From the human T2T-CHM13v2.0 reference genome, Homo sapiens: 64,000 nt of DNA. Position 1 is the first letter of the stretch, and every line of letters starts with the position of its first letter. The position numbers and the translations under genes were made by a program. The notes below the pieces were generated by a model. That model searched no databases and had not been told where the DNA came from. It saw only the letters and a program-made list of their open reading frames with translations. Below, piece after piece: positions 1-13,170 of the stretch. The stretch is from NCBI RefSeq assembly GCF_009914755.1, contig NC_060931.1. The stretch is one strand, 5' to 3'.

Positions 1-139
1 TTTATAGGAGCATTGCCCTGGCAGTACCTTGATTTTGACTTGACTTGTGGCCTCCAGACCAGTGAGATAATAAATTTCTGTTTTTTTAAGCTACACAGTT
101 AGTAGTATCTTCTTATGGCAGCTCTAGAAAAAGAATACA
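1..139 (+). mobile_element. 3' end of MLT1-type MaLR LTR (cut by window edge)
   Basis: ccttgattttgact…ggcctccagaccagtgagataataaatttctg…aagctacacagttagtagta…ttatggcagctctagaaaaagaataca resembles the MLT1 LTR 3' end. Confidence 0.75.
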
Positions 140-289
140 AGCGTCATCACAGGTGTATGGTGTGGGAGTTTGAGGGTGAATTCCTGTTAAGATCCATTCC
201 AGGAAATGTATTAGTAACATCCCTGGCTTATAGATTTGTTTTGCCTATGCTGCTGTTTGGGTTAGCACACATGCCAGTGTATTTTTCTA

Positions 290-700
290 AGGCTTATAAA
301 ACATCTGGTTTCAAGTACTTGGCTTTATCATTTACTAGCTGTGTAATTAACCTCACTGATCTTCAGTTCCCTGAGAATGATAATACTTGATCTAGAGAAC
401 CATAGGCTTATTTATGATGATCAGAAAAGATAACATAAGTGAAAAACAATATGGAGGCATGTAGAAGAGCATTTAGAATGCAGAGATTAAGATCAGGGGT
501 CCTGGAACAAGACTGCAGGAGTTCAAGTTCTACTTTTTCCTTTATTAGTGGTGTGACTGAACTATAGACTCAGCTCTACTATTTTAAAATAAGAGCAATA
601 ATAATTTCTGTGTATGAAGGCTGTTGTGAAGATGAAGTAAGTCAATATATAAGGAGATTTTAGAAGAGTGGCACATAGTACGTACTTATTAAATGGTATC
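290..700 (+). mobile_element. Two adjacent degenerate MIR SINEs (approx. 290-450 and 480-700)
   Basis: MIR-like cores ggtttcaagtacttggctttatcatttactagctgtgt and ggctgttgtgaagatgaagtaagtcaatatataagg…tggcacatagta. Confidence 0.6.
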
Positions 701-1536
701 TAACAAAAGTACCTTGCAAAGTATTTTGAACCACGGAAATGTTTGACCATTATAATTTATAGTTAATAAATAGCTTATTGATTTTACACACCAATATTAA
801 GTATATATGATTACTGATTTTACGCATCAGTTACTCTGACTTTCTAGCTCACTGTTCAACATACATTTCAGTATCATGTATTTTCATAACCAAGAAGAGC
901 TAAGCAAGGAAGATGACAGAAAAAGGGATATTATCAAGTAGATCAGGATTTCCCCATGAGTCAAAAGAACTCTACAAGTAGAGGCTATTTCTGGTATTCA
1001 TTAATCTTGTAATTTCCTTGTGTGAGAATATTTTAGAGCCAAAAATTTTTGGATCATGATATTGATCTATTATGATAACAAAAAGCAAAGCATTCAACTA
1101 GATTTTAGAGAATTAGTTGTTTTTTTTTAAAAAAAAACAACAACTGGTTTTTTTTAAAAAAAAAAAAAACAACTGGTAAAAGTTTTTACTGAAATCCTTG
1201 TCACATATATTTAAATGGAGATACCTTATCTATACATCACCCTCCTGGGTTACAGTAAATTAAAAAGTAGCCATTCACTTTCTCACATTGTCGTATACTT
1301 TGAGTTTCTGGGTCAAATAAAATGCTTCTATTGAAAAACAGCATTTGCTTCATGTGTGTCTGGCCTTACAGAAGGAAAAGAAAGATTTTAGCATCTGGCT
1401 TTAGAAAGAAGAGAGAAGCATTTTAGTAAAACACCTTCTATTAGTTTTTTTTTTTTTTTTTTTTTGAGGAAATAGAAATAGCTGAGACTTAAAAACAAAT
1501 TAGATTACCATGTTTATTCCATTTCATACAACTTAC

Positions 1537-1640
1537 CCAGGAAGTATATATCTGGAGGACAGACTGTCTCAGTGCTGTGGATAAGTTATAGTCTTCAGAA
1601 CTATGATGTGTTTGGTGTCCGGCCCACATAATATTAACTT
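1537..1640 (-). CDS. AGMO: Internal coding exon of alkylglycerol monooxygenase (probably exon 4, approx. aa 137-171)
   Basis: Minus strand reads tgtgttttgcag|AAGTTAATATTATGTGG...ACTTCCTGG|gtaagt, giving a canonical acceptor (1641-1642) and a consensus donor (1531-1536). Length 104 nt = 2 + 34 codons. Translation (G)[36 protein letters not shown] matches the AGMO protein as I recall it, with the HxxHH box (HQTHH). Branch-point-like CTCAT with its A at 1663. Confidence 0.96.
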
Positions 1641-2837
1641 CTGCAAAACACATAATTTGCAATGAGCCATGAGAATAAGAACAAAGCAACTTCCATTTTC
1701 AGTTATGCATGCTGCTCTGTTGAGTGAGGAAGAAAAATCTGGAACATCTCTGTAAAAGCTGGCCAATATAATTATAATTAAAATATGCTGCCTGAAATAA
1801 TTTTTGGAACCAAAGACTGTATACATTGTAAATAAATAAAAATGAAAGCATAGCCAATAAATATGTATAGTTTATATGTTATAATTAAATGCCTCCAACA
1901 AACTGACATTAATTCCAAAAGTTATACTTTGCTAACATATTATAATATGACAGATTATAAAAGCTAGCTGGTAATGTTGTGACAATACATTCAACGGATA
2001 GTGATGATTTTTCAGCGTGTGATAACATGTTTCTAACTAAAGAAAAATTGTCTGATGGGAGAAATTGGTATGGAAATTTTGGAATAAAATATTAATGAAA
2101 TTATTTCCTCATGGCTTTCTGAGAAGTCTCAAAATCTGTTGGAATAAGAAGAAAGCATAGCATAGTAATATTTTGCACTAAGTTCTCAGGTACTCTTTTA
2201 TTTATAAAAAGATATTAGCTAACAGTTACCTATGGTTTTCCCATACCTTACCAAAATACTAAACCATTTCTAAATTTTTCCACATAGTTTTATTTGTGTT
2301 CATAAAAAAGGAAAATGATTGTTGTTTATTTTCATCAAGCACTGTACAGATTGCTCTCATACTGTCTTGGAATTCATACAGACTCCAAAGAAGTGTGGCT
2401 TTTAAAAAAATTTTTACAACAAATATGACACTGCATTGATCCCCTAAGTAGTTGACACAGAATAGCCCAAGTCATTTTTTATTCTGCCCATATTTTAAAA
2501 ATTGTATTGCCATTTTTCATTTCCTAACAAAATTATAGATCGAAATGTCACATTATACTCTATTCAGTTTAAAAAAATCTGTTCTTAGCTAAAGTAACTT
2601 ATGTTTAGTCTTTTGCTACAAATCCAGGAAATGGAATTAGCTATGTGACATGATCATCATATCCTTGCCAGTATAGGTTAGAAATTAAATCTTTTAGGCT
2701 TGGATGTATAGGAACTAAACAGTGAAGCTAGAACTGGAAATATCAGGTTAATTTTCTTTGCAGTTGCCATATACTGACTGTTAAAATGCATGGTACATAG
2801 TAGAATAATTTTAGAAGTTTTTATGAAAATCATGGTC

Positions 2838-2940
2838 ATATATATGTGTGTGTATGTATGTATATATATATATACATACATATATATATATACATACATA
2901 TATATATACACACACACACACACATATATATATATACACA
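2838..2940. repeat. Compound (TA)n/(TG)n/(CA)n microsatellite
   Basis: Directly visible dinucleotide runs. Confidence 0.95.
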
Positions 2941-4509
2941 CTATCTGGGTAAATTTTGGCCATTGCTTTCAAAATGAAAGTTCTCTGAACAGTCTGTATA
3001 GAGAATTACCAAACAAAATTGTTAAAGAAAAAAGGTCTTGGTAAACAAATGATAGCTCATAGATATAAGAAGGACTTAATTCTGTATAATAAGGAATATT
3101 ATAAACAGAACTGTGGTTAGTCTTATTATGAACAGATAACAAATGCCATTTTTATTAAAGTCATATATTTTTCAATGGAACACGTATTGTCATCAACCAC
3201 AGCAGATATGTAACTTAGATCCCAATTGGTTGGTGATTTAATTATTTTAATCATTTGTAGGAAAGACATTGTATTTCTATGCTAGCAATTAAGGAAATTG
3301 TTCTTACACAAAAGAGAACTACTTCACCATAATGACCTCTAAAAATATGCAGTCATAATCTTTGAAATAACACAGAACCAAATTATCTGGTTTATTGATA
3401 AGCCTAATGGCTGTACATAAGAAATATAAAAAGACCCTTGTGGCACTTTATATCTTCAGATGTTAGGTGGACGTTGAATAAGAGGTAATAAATTTGATGA
3501 ATCCCCTAAAGTTTAAAAACCGCTTACAGATAGAGATCCTGAAGTAATCTAAACACCATTTTCTCTTTAGAACATACCCACTGCTGAACATTTTATAACT
3601 TATGATTTTATAACTTATGACTTATAAACCTTCATTGAAAATCAATACATTGTCTAGTTTTTGACCTGTCAGGATTTGTTTTTAAAAAATTCATTCTAAT
3701 GCATCCACAAAATGAGTTAACAAGAGGATGAGCTAATCAGATGAGGTTCCATTAGAGAGTCATAATATATATTGGGAGCCACTTCCTTATACCCTCTACA
3801 GAAGCTAAACGGTGAAACAAAGAATCCACAAAGGTGGAGGTTAAAGATCTGTCTTTCTAGTTGTTTCAAAAGCATTTACTTCCTATCACAAACTGTGTGT
3901 AACACAAGCCTCATTCAATGAGGTACAGCTGTGCAAACAGGGCACAGTAACAGCATCCTACTGCCTCACCTCTGTCACTTTTCAGAATTGGTAAAAAAAA
4001 AGAAGGAATACTGAATTTGTTTCACAGTCTATATTCAGCTTATTGGAGGTAAATTATTTTCAAAAGTGATTATGAAAATGCATTTTATGGAAAGTTATTC
4101 CAGTAGTTCTTTTGTGAACAAAATGAGAAAAACTTAATGCATTTATATGATCATCTTCCCTAATACTTGAATTGATGAATTATCTGTTTTAAGAAATGAA
4201 AACAAATATTAAGAAGGAGAAAAAGATATTATTTAGAATAAGCTTCTCTCTGTGAAAGACTTCATATAATTATACATTCTGTTCAATAACATTTTTCTTT
4301 TTCTATACGAAAATTATAGATTATATTAATATATGTATATATGTTATTATAATTTTTCCATGATATAATTAGAAATGATTATGCTGCTTTCTAGTGCCAA
4401 ATGTAATTCTGTATATTTTATTAATATATTGGCTAACACTTCCATTCATTTGGCCAACATTTTATGTAATGTGTGTGTGGTCTGTGTTGTATTTTTGAAT
4501 TTCTTTTTC

Positions 4510-6310
4510 AATTTTTTTATGAAGATGTAACTTACATACAACAAAATCCATCTTCTTTTAATGTTCGGCTGTATGAGTTTTTACCAAATGCAGCTGTTTA
4601 ATGATTACTGCACTCTAGATACAGAACAATTTTATTACCCCAAAGAGTTCCCCCACCTCCTTTTTGTGGTTGTGGTAGTCAGACTTCAAGATGGCTCCCT
4701 GCTTCAGATAATTCAAGTTCTGGACTTTGAACCGATAATGCAGTGGGATGAAACTTTTGGGAACAGGAAAGAAGTGAGTGTCTTTTGAATGTGGGAGAAA
4801 TATGAATCACTGAGGTCCAGAGGGCTAACTAGGCAAGGCATCCTCTAGAATGGCCGCCATTGATTCCTATCCAACGGTATTCATGCCTTTTATAATCTCC
4901 TACCTTTGAGTGTGAGCCAGATTTAGTGACTTTCTTCTAGTGAACAGAAATTTAGCAAAGATGATGGGATGTCACTTCTGATATTAGATTTAAAGAAGAC
5001 AGTAGCTTGTGTCTTGGGTGTCCTCTCATACTCAAACACTCTCTAAGAAAAGCTGGCTACCTTGTTATGAGCTCCCTTTGAAGAAATACATATGTCAGGG
5101 AAGTGGGATAACCAGCCAGTAAGGAACTAAGCTCCTCAGTCCAAGCCTCATGAAGAACTGAATTCTGCCAACAACCATGTAAGAGAGTTTGGATGCAGAT
5201 CCTTCTCCATTTGAGCATTCCAATGACACTGCAGTTTGCAAAGAGCTGAACCGACTCGCAGCAACCTCCTGAAAGAACTTGAGCCAGAGACATTCATCTA
5301 AACTATGCCCCAATTTCTAACCCACAGAAACTATGAGATGATAAACGTTTCTTGTTTTAAGCTTGTAACTTGTTACAAGCAATAGATAATTAATGCAGTC
5401 GTCAAAAATCCCTCACTCCCACCCCCACCCCATTCTCAGTCCCTAGTATCCAATGATTTGTTTTCTTTCCTTTTAGTTTTGCTTTTTTGAGTGTATCCTA
5501 TCAATAACATCATACAGTATTTTTAGCCTTTTGAGTCTGTTGTCTTTTTTCATTTAGCATAATGCATTGAAGATCCCTTCATTTTGCTGTTTTTATGAGT
5601 AGTTTTTTCCTTTTTATCATTAGTATTCCACTTCAATGACTATATCACAGTTTTGTTTTGTTTTTATCTATTCATGAGTTGAAGAACATTTCAGTTGTTT
5701 CCAGTTTTTGACAGATAAAAGTTCTATCAAGTAGTTATCATAGAGGTTTTCTGTGGACATGAGTTTTTATTTCACGTGGGTAAATACTTAGGCGTGGGAT
5801 TATTGAGCTGTATGATATGCCTACATTTACCTTGTTAAGGACCTATCAAATTGTTTTCCAAAGTGGCTGTGCCTTTTTTTTTTTTTATTAGTACCAGCAG
5901 TGTGTGAGAGTTCAAGTTGCTCCACATCTCTGGCAGCACCTGACATCATTAATTTTATTTGTATTTATTTGACAGCCATTATAATAGGTATGCAGTGGTA
6001 TCATGTTGAAATTTTAATTTAGATTGCTGTAATGGCTAATGACAATGGCTCTATGTACCTAATCACCATCTATGTATCTTCTTTTTGAAGTGTCTATTCA
6101 AAATTTGTGCCCATATTTTAAATGGGTTGTTTTCTTAAGTTTTGAGACATCTTTGTATCTTCTGCATAAAAGTCCTTTATTAAATATGTGATTTGCATTT
6201 ATTTTCTTCCAGGCCATAGCCTTTTTTTTAAATAGTGTCATACAAAGAACAAAAGTTTTAATTTTCATGAAATCCAGTTTATATTCTTGATGATTTTATT
6301 TAGTTTTCTG
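4510..6310 (-). mobile_element. Old L1M (L1MB/MC-like) 3' region, interrupted by an MLT1F element
   Basis: Reverse-strand L1 3' motifs (ttttattaccccaaagagttccc; tttagcataatgcattgaagatcc; ttttccaaagtggctgt; tcttctttttgaagtgtctattcaaa). Sequence is continuous across the 4671-5397 insert. Confidence 0.8.
4671..5397 (+). mobile_element. MLT1F-like MaLR element: short 5' LTR stub, internal 3' end and full 3' LTR
   Basis: Starts TGTGGTAG…AAGATGGCTCCC and ends …aatagataattaatgCA. Near-perfect 5-bp TSD gtggt/gtcgt. A second LTR start lies at approx. 4830. Confidence 0.8.
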
Positions 6311-6761
6311 GTGTATATAACAAAAAACAAAGGTAATTTTGGAGAAATTTTTCAGAAAAATTAGAAATATCTAAATATCCAGAATGTAACCCTCCTACAT
6401 ATATTAAATATCTAAAATGCACTTTAAAATATGTTCTCTCCTATCTTGTCATCTATGAAATGGAGGGACATGATCCTGTATGTTAATTCAAGACATAAAG
6501 ACAAGTCTACAAGAAATTTTCACAGACATATAAGATAGCCATTTAATTCCCAATAGTGGGCAGGCCAAGAAGTCTTGGCGCAACCTTGGAATGATGATGT
6601 TGGTTTCACTCATAATCTGGAAAACTCCCTAGTTATAAAGGAAGAAATATTATAGGCCTATTTGCAAAATGGTAGTGATGCTTGACACCACCGAAATCAT
6701 ATTGCTAGCACTTTATGCAACATTTAGCATATTGTACAATGACTATAGAACAGAAGAGCTA

Positions 6762-7146
6762 TGCCTTAGTCCATTTTGTTCTGCTGTAACAGAATACCTG
6801 AGGCTGTGGAATTTGTAATAAACAGGAATTTATTTTTCACAGTCCCTGTGCAAGTCCAAGATCAAGGCACTGGTAGGTTACAGTTCAGTTTCTGTGCTTC
6901 GAAGATGGCATCATGAATGCTGATTCCTTCTAAGTGGAAGAACGTTGTATTTTCCCAAGGCAGAAAAGCAGAAGAGAGTGAACCCACTCGCAAAAGCCCT
7001 TTTATAGGGGCATTAATCCATTCTTGAGGGTGGAGCTTTCATGACCTAAACACCTCCCATTAGGCCCCACCTCCTAACATTGTTGCATTTGTGATTAAGT
7101 TTCTAAAACATGAATTCTGTAGGAGACAAATAGTCAAACAACAGCG
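6762..7146 (-). mobile_element. MST-family (MSTC/D-like) MaLR solo LTR
   Basis: tgccttagtccattttgttctgctgtaacagaatacctgagg…cctcccattaggccccacctcctaacattgttgcatt; 5-bp TSD agcta/agctg. Confidence 0.85.
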
Positions 7147-7895
7147 AGCTGCATGAGTCTAGAAATTACTTAATCCAAACTTTTAATTTTATAAAGAAAA
7201 TAAAATTGAAAGTAAGAATGGAAAAAAAAGAGTTTTATTAAAGAAGGAGAACATGTTTCTCATTGTTCTCTTTCTCAACAGTGACTTATTTGATACACTC
7301 TTTCCTCTTTTGGATTTTGTTTTAATCCTTCAGAAATGGAGGTGACTGGGTCCAAGTATTCTCTGGGACAATCATGGCACATCTTTGGTAACTTCCATAT
7401 GTAAAAGGGATTAAAGAGCTCAACACATGCTATTAAATGATAGTGTGAAATTTCTTGAATTGTAGCAACGGTCTTTAACAAGATATCTAAATATAAAATA
7501 TTAAGTTTTTAAGTTTAGATTGAAAACAATCATCCCTTTGAACTTGGAGGTGCCCATATAAATGAATCCTTTAAATTTTGTTTTGTCTTTTCTTAATATC
7601 AAAGCTTAGTTGATAAATAAATATAATAAATAAATTGAGCTAAGTAAATGAAATAAAATTAGTAACAGACTCAAGCTACCAAACTAAAGTCTAACTAAAA
7701 AATATAATAGCCCATGAATAACAATAAATATACACTAATTTCTTTCACTATTCTTTATTCATTGAATGAACTAGAAGTGTCATCAATTTTATCATCATAA
7801 CTCATTCACTTCCTATAGCAGCAAATAAAGTTGGTGATGATAAAAATAAATGGCATTACCAATTCATTCAGTAAGTAGAAACTTTTGTCTTATAA

Positions 7896-8392
<497 letters not shown>

Positions 8393-8869
8393 ATGTTTGG
8401 CCACATGTAGACATTAAATAATCTCTCTAGAAGAGTAAGCTCCATGAGTCTTTAGGAGTCACTTTAGGATGGAGCTAAAACTGTGGCAAACACTATACCT
8501 TCCCTTTATTCTATCCCATAATCACACTTTAACACATTTTTTCTTTTTTATTCGTGTTCAGATGGAAGCTTTTAAGTTCTAGTATGCAGAATTTTAAAAA
8601 GATGTCTCCATTTGTGTGACAATATTCTCAACATTTAAACAAAATAAAACGATAGATTTTTAGTACGAAGTAAAAAGTACCTTAAGAACTTATCATCTTT
8701 TCAACCTAAACTTTTGTTTTCATACAATCGAAAAGCAAGAACTAATGTAGGGCTTATTGTCATTTGAATAAAATACTTAAAAATCTAAATTATATTGATA
8801 ACAATATTATTAGTAATAATAATAAATATTAGTGATTATAAACACATAAGAGTAAGAAAGCTTATCATG

Positions 8870-9005
8870 TAGGGAATATTTAGAACACTTTACAGGTATT
8901 AACTCATACATTTCCCAGAACTGAACTAGAAGGTAGATATTTATATAGTTTCCATTTTATAGATGAAGAAATGGAGATACAATAATATTTAATAACTTAC
9001 ATAAA
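8870..9005 (-). mobile_element. MIR fragment
   Basis: ccattttatagatgaagaaatggaga core. Confidence 0.6.
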
Positions 9006-9039
9006 GTAATGATTATTTTTCATGTTGCATATTAACACT

Positions 9040-9411
9040 TTTTTATTCATTACAGAGACTATATTTTCTAGCCCCTTACCAACTTGATAGGTTTACGGAA
9101 CTGTTTCATAATGATGCACTGTGAGTGATAATAACATGTTTTACTTTGAGCCAAGGTAAAGAACTCGTGTGCCTTCTTCACGGTCTCGCTGTTCCTCTGC
9201 AACAGCAATCAACATGACGAATATTTAGCAGAGGACACTAAGGCCCTAGGGTACGCAAAGACACCAGATGGAAGGATTCTGGGTCCCTGAATGACAGCAT
9301 GGAGCAGAGTACCCCCTGACCCATACTGAACCAGGCTGTGAGTGAAAAGTAAATATTCATTGTGCTAATTCACTGGGATTTGCTATTGCTCAGTGAACTA
9401 ACTACAATACA
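9040..9411 (+). mobile_element. MLT1J-like MaLR LTR
   Basis: agatggaaggattctgggtccctgaatgacagcatggagcagag…tgtgagtgaaaagtaaatattcattgtgctaa. Confidence 0.65.
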
Positions 9412-9671
9412 TCCTCACTATTAATTTGTTGTTATTAATACATGTGAATGTGATGCAATAACCACAAATATAGAGTGATTTATCAGTCTATCTTCTTCAC
9501 TCAGTTTCTTACAGACTGTGTTCTATAGGGAAAGCACTTCCTAGGAAACTAGTAAGCTGGTGCCTATGTTTTTAAAAGTAACCAACTAGCATAGCTCAAA
9601 ATAACATTTTCTTATCATCAACCTTCCAAAATTACTGCTTCAAAGGGATATCTATAGAAAATCGAGAACAT

Positions 9672-10016
<345 letters not shown>

Positions 10017-13000
10017 CTACCTTGAATCATTCTTCACTTTGTACTCTGCCCCTTGCCTTTGGGCAGTTGTGTTTAACAAAACATATCAAAGAAAGAAAAA
10101 CAGGGCTCATATCTTATCAGTAGTGGCTGCAAGTCCCATTTCCATTGTCCTCTTACAGTGCCCACTTATTTTTAACATTGTTTCTGGCCTTACACCCTTG
10201 TTCTTTGAGCATCACTGTGCTTTGAAAAGCCCAAGTCTGGCTACTTGTTTTTCCCAAAATGTAGGTTAATTTTATTATTGTGGACCAAAGACCCACCATT
10301 ATATTAGTTATGTATGATTTTATTTTTCCCTTTACTACCTACAAATACAAAGAGTTGCGTGATATAGTGTGAAACATGCCAGATCAAGGAGGAAGAGCAA
10401 GAACTTTTGAACTTTACCAGGAGCTCATGTTAGGAACTGGGATGAGACCCCCCGACCCTGTCTCTTGCTTCCAATCTCTCCCCACACTTTATCTAATCCC
10501 TTCCAAACTAGAGCCCTGTCCAAAACCACAAAACACCAAACCAGCTGTATTTTGAAAATAAATGTGTATTTCCCTTAGCCTGACTCAGGCAAGTGAAAGA
10601 GAAAGCGAGAGGGGGTTTCTGATCTCACTGCAAAAACAGAGAAAGAGAGATGCTTGTGGGCTTCCCAAGCTCAAGGACTAACAGCAGTCCCCTCTTAAAA
10701 TATTATTAAATATGGTACTTATGTCCAATAAGTACCAGTGTTTCCATTTCATGATGAGTTATATGTCTTTATACAGGCAGATCTGAGAACACAAGCTCAC
10801 AAACATGCATTTTGTTGAGAAAAGGTGCTTCAAATTCCCAAAAGCCAGTTTACAACCAAGATTTCTAAATACCACTCAATCATAGGAGAGTATTGCTCAT
10901 ATATATGTTTTGGAAACCAGAAAAGGGAAGAATGAAAGTGAATCTGTGAAGAGAAGGGAGAAATGAGGTTCATTTTCTCAAGAAATTAATGAGACAGAGA
11001 AAAGCCACAGTGTAATTTGTATACACACATACATTGTGTGTGTATTGGGCAACTCTGTGTGTATTTATGTATATTTGCTAAGGTAGAAAGAACAGGTATA
11101 AAAACACACATAGTTTCATCTTATTTTCCATATTTAGGTGTTACAGATAGGTAGTATGGTGCTCATGGTTTCACCTATAGGCAGATAAGAAAGAAACTGT
11201 GTTAGTTACGTGTGAGAGCCGAGAGAGCTCCACTTTATAGTCGTCATTCAAAGCAGAGTGAGCTTTATTACATGTTGCCAACCTCTGTAACACTTGCAAC
11301 CCAGGAGATGAAGTGATTCCCTACTAACCAATAAAAAATGTGTAATTTTTAACTTTATTGTCCAATCTATTACAAAGTTATATTTAAGGTTAATGGAAAG
11401 TAATGTTATGGATAAGACAGTCTGATTTCAAGTTATACTCCTCTTTCTCTTAGCTCCATCATTCCCATTTGTATCCATCACCAGTCATTTGTGTGCTGCT
11501 AATGGCCAAGACCCAACAATTACCTAGATCTCTGGATTCGAACTTGGACTTCCTTAGCCCTAGGCCATGGGTCTGGCAATTTGTTAGGGGATCCTAAATA
11601 ATATTTTTGATGACATGCATAAAGAGCTTTTCCTCCCTCAACAGAATATGTGTTATTTAAAACAAAGCATTCTAAAGTAGTATGAATATTGGAATTTCCA
11701 GAAATGTAACAGGCCAGTGAAGAAATATTTTTGGATAAGGGAGTTTACTACACTTCTCAAACATAAGGAAAACCAGTCCTGTACATAGGAAAACTGTCCT
11801 TCTCTGCAAAAGTTGTCATGATTAGATAAAAATACTTTGAAATAAAAGTTATCAGTACTACATTATAAAATAATTATGAATTTGACAATTTTTATGTTGC
11901 ATGAAAATCTTTTATCTACTTAATGAAATCGAATTCTGGTGCACTTTGTTCCTGGTTGTCAGCACTAACATTAACACCGTGAGTTTGGTTTTGGTGCAGT
12001 TAAGGATTTTATCATGCTTAAATACATTCAAAAGGAGTTCACATGCTTTACATAGATTGAAAGCAAGAAATCTTCCAAAGTATTTAATGACATATATTTG
12101 GCAGCCATAATAACCTGAGTAGCACAATTAGGAGGCAGAAATCATGGGAGAACTGTCTTGATGTCAATAGAGTTAGCTAGGATTGGCAAGCACTCCTACG
12201 ACGCTCCTCCCCTGCAGCACGTTTGCCTGCGGTAAGACACAATGAACTTCTACCATATTATATTTGGAACAATGCTTTCTATAATTTGTCTCCACAAGCT
12301 ACGGAATCCATTTTGAAAGGAGACGAACATAAGGAAAGCAAAACAACCAGGAATTCTTAGGAAAAGACAGGAAAATAGAGAAAAAAAGAGCACTGAAATC
12401 ACTAGGTAGAAAGTAACTGCAATCTCTCTTCATTCCTCCCTAATGAGCCTCCTGAGTGGATGTATATTACCCCTGTCAACAAAATCTTACCAGGATCTCT
12501 TTGCTACTAATCAGGACTTCCTATTGGTCTTAACATTTGTCTTGGTGTCCTGAAACCAACTTTAGAACGTCATAGCAAATGAGTGTGGCTTTCAGAATAG
12601 AAACTTTCAGTGTTACTGAATTTGCAAGGAATAAGGCTGTGTGTCCCCTGAAAGTGCCAGATTGAATCAGAACTGAATGTCCTCATCAAAACAGATTGGT
12701 CTATCCTTTGTGAATGATGTCATGCACATTAGCATTGTTAGTGGTCTTTGAAGAAGCAATCTGCCCCTGTGATAGATTTCTGTCTGTGCATTTAGAAACT
12801 CTATTATTACCAATTATAGATGTTGTTATTTTGATGACTTAGTTTGTTCTTTCTTCTATGCCTTTCATGGTACTCCTCAAATCTGAATGTATGTCTGGTT
12901 TTAAAGGTGGCATACTAATGACTATCAGGTCTTGCTACAACAGGAGGAAGAGGTCTTATGTAATATTCTTTGACTTTTTGGCATTGAGAGATGGAAGGTT

Positions 13001-13170
13001 TTATGTAGGAACATTTCCCCCATTATTCTAGTACAGATAACCTCATGTCATACCCTTATATTCCCCAACCTTGACCCTTGAATGACATTACATCCAAACC
13101 CAAATCTATTTACTAACTGAATTGATTCCCTTCTGCCCATGCTTGCTCTTTTTGTTTTTTGATCTTATAG

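Noticed and set aside
1489-1689. 66-aa ORF as a stand-alone gene
   Set aside because: Only 1537-1640 is AGMO coding exon; the flanks are intronic read-through bounded by canonical splice sites.
2678-3044. YI/VC-rich ORFs
   Set aside because: Translations of a dinucleotide microsatellite.
3590-3625. Short tandem duplication (attttataacttatg x2; similar ones at approx. 24830-24880, 37501 and 40521)
   Set aside because: Ordinary slippage duplications with no spacer structure; not CRISPR-like arrays.
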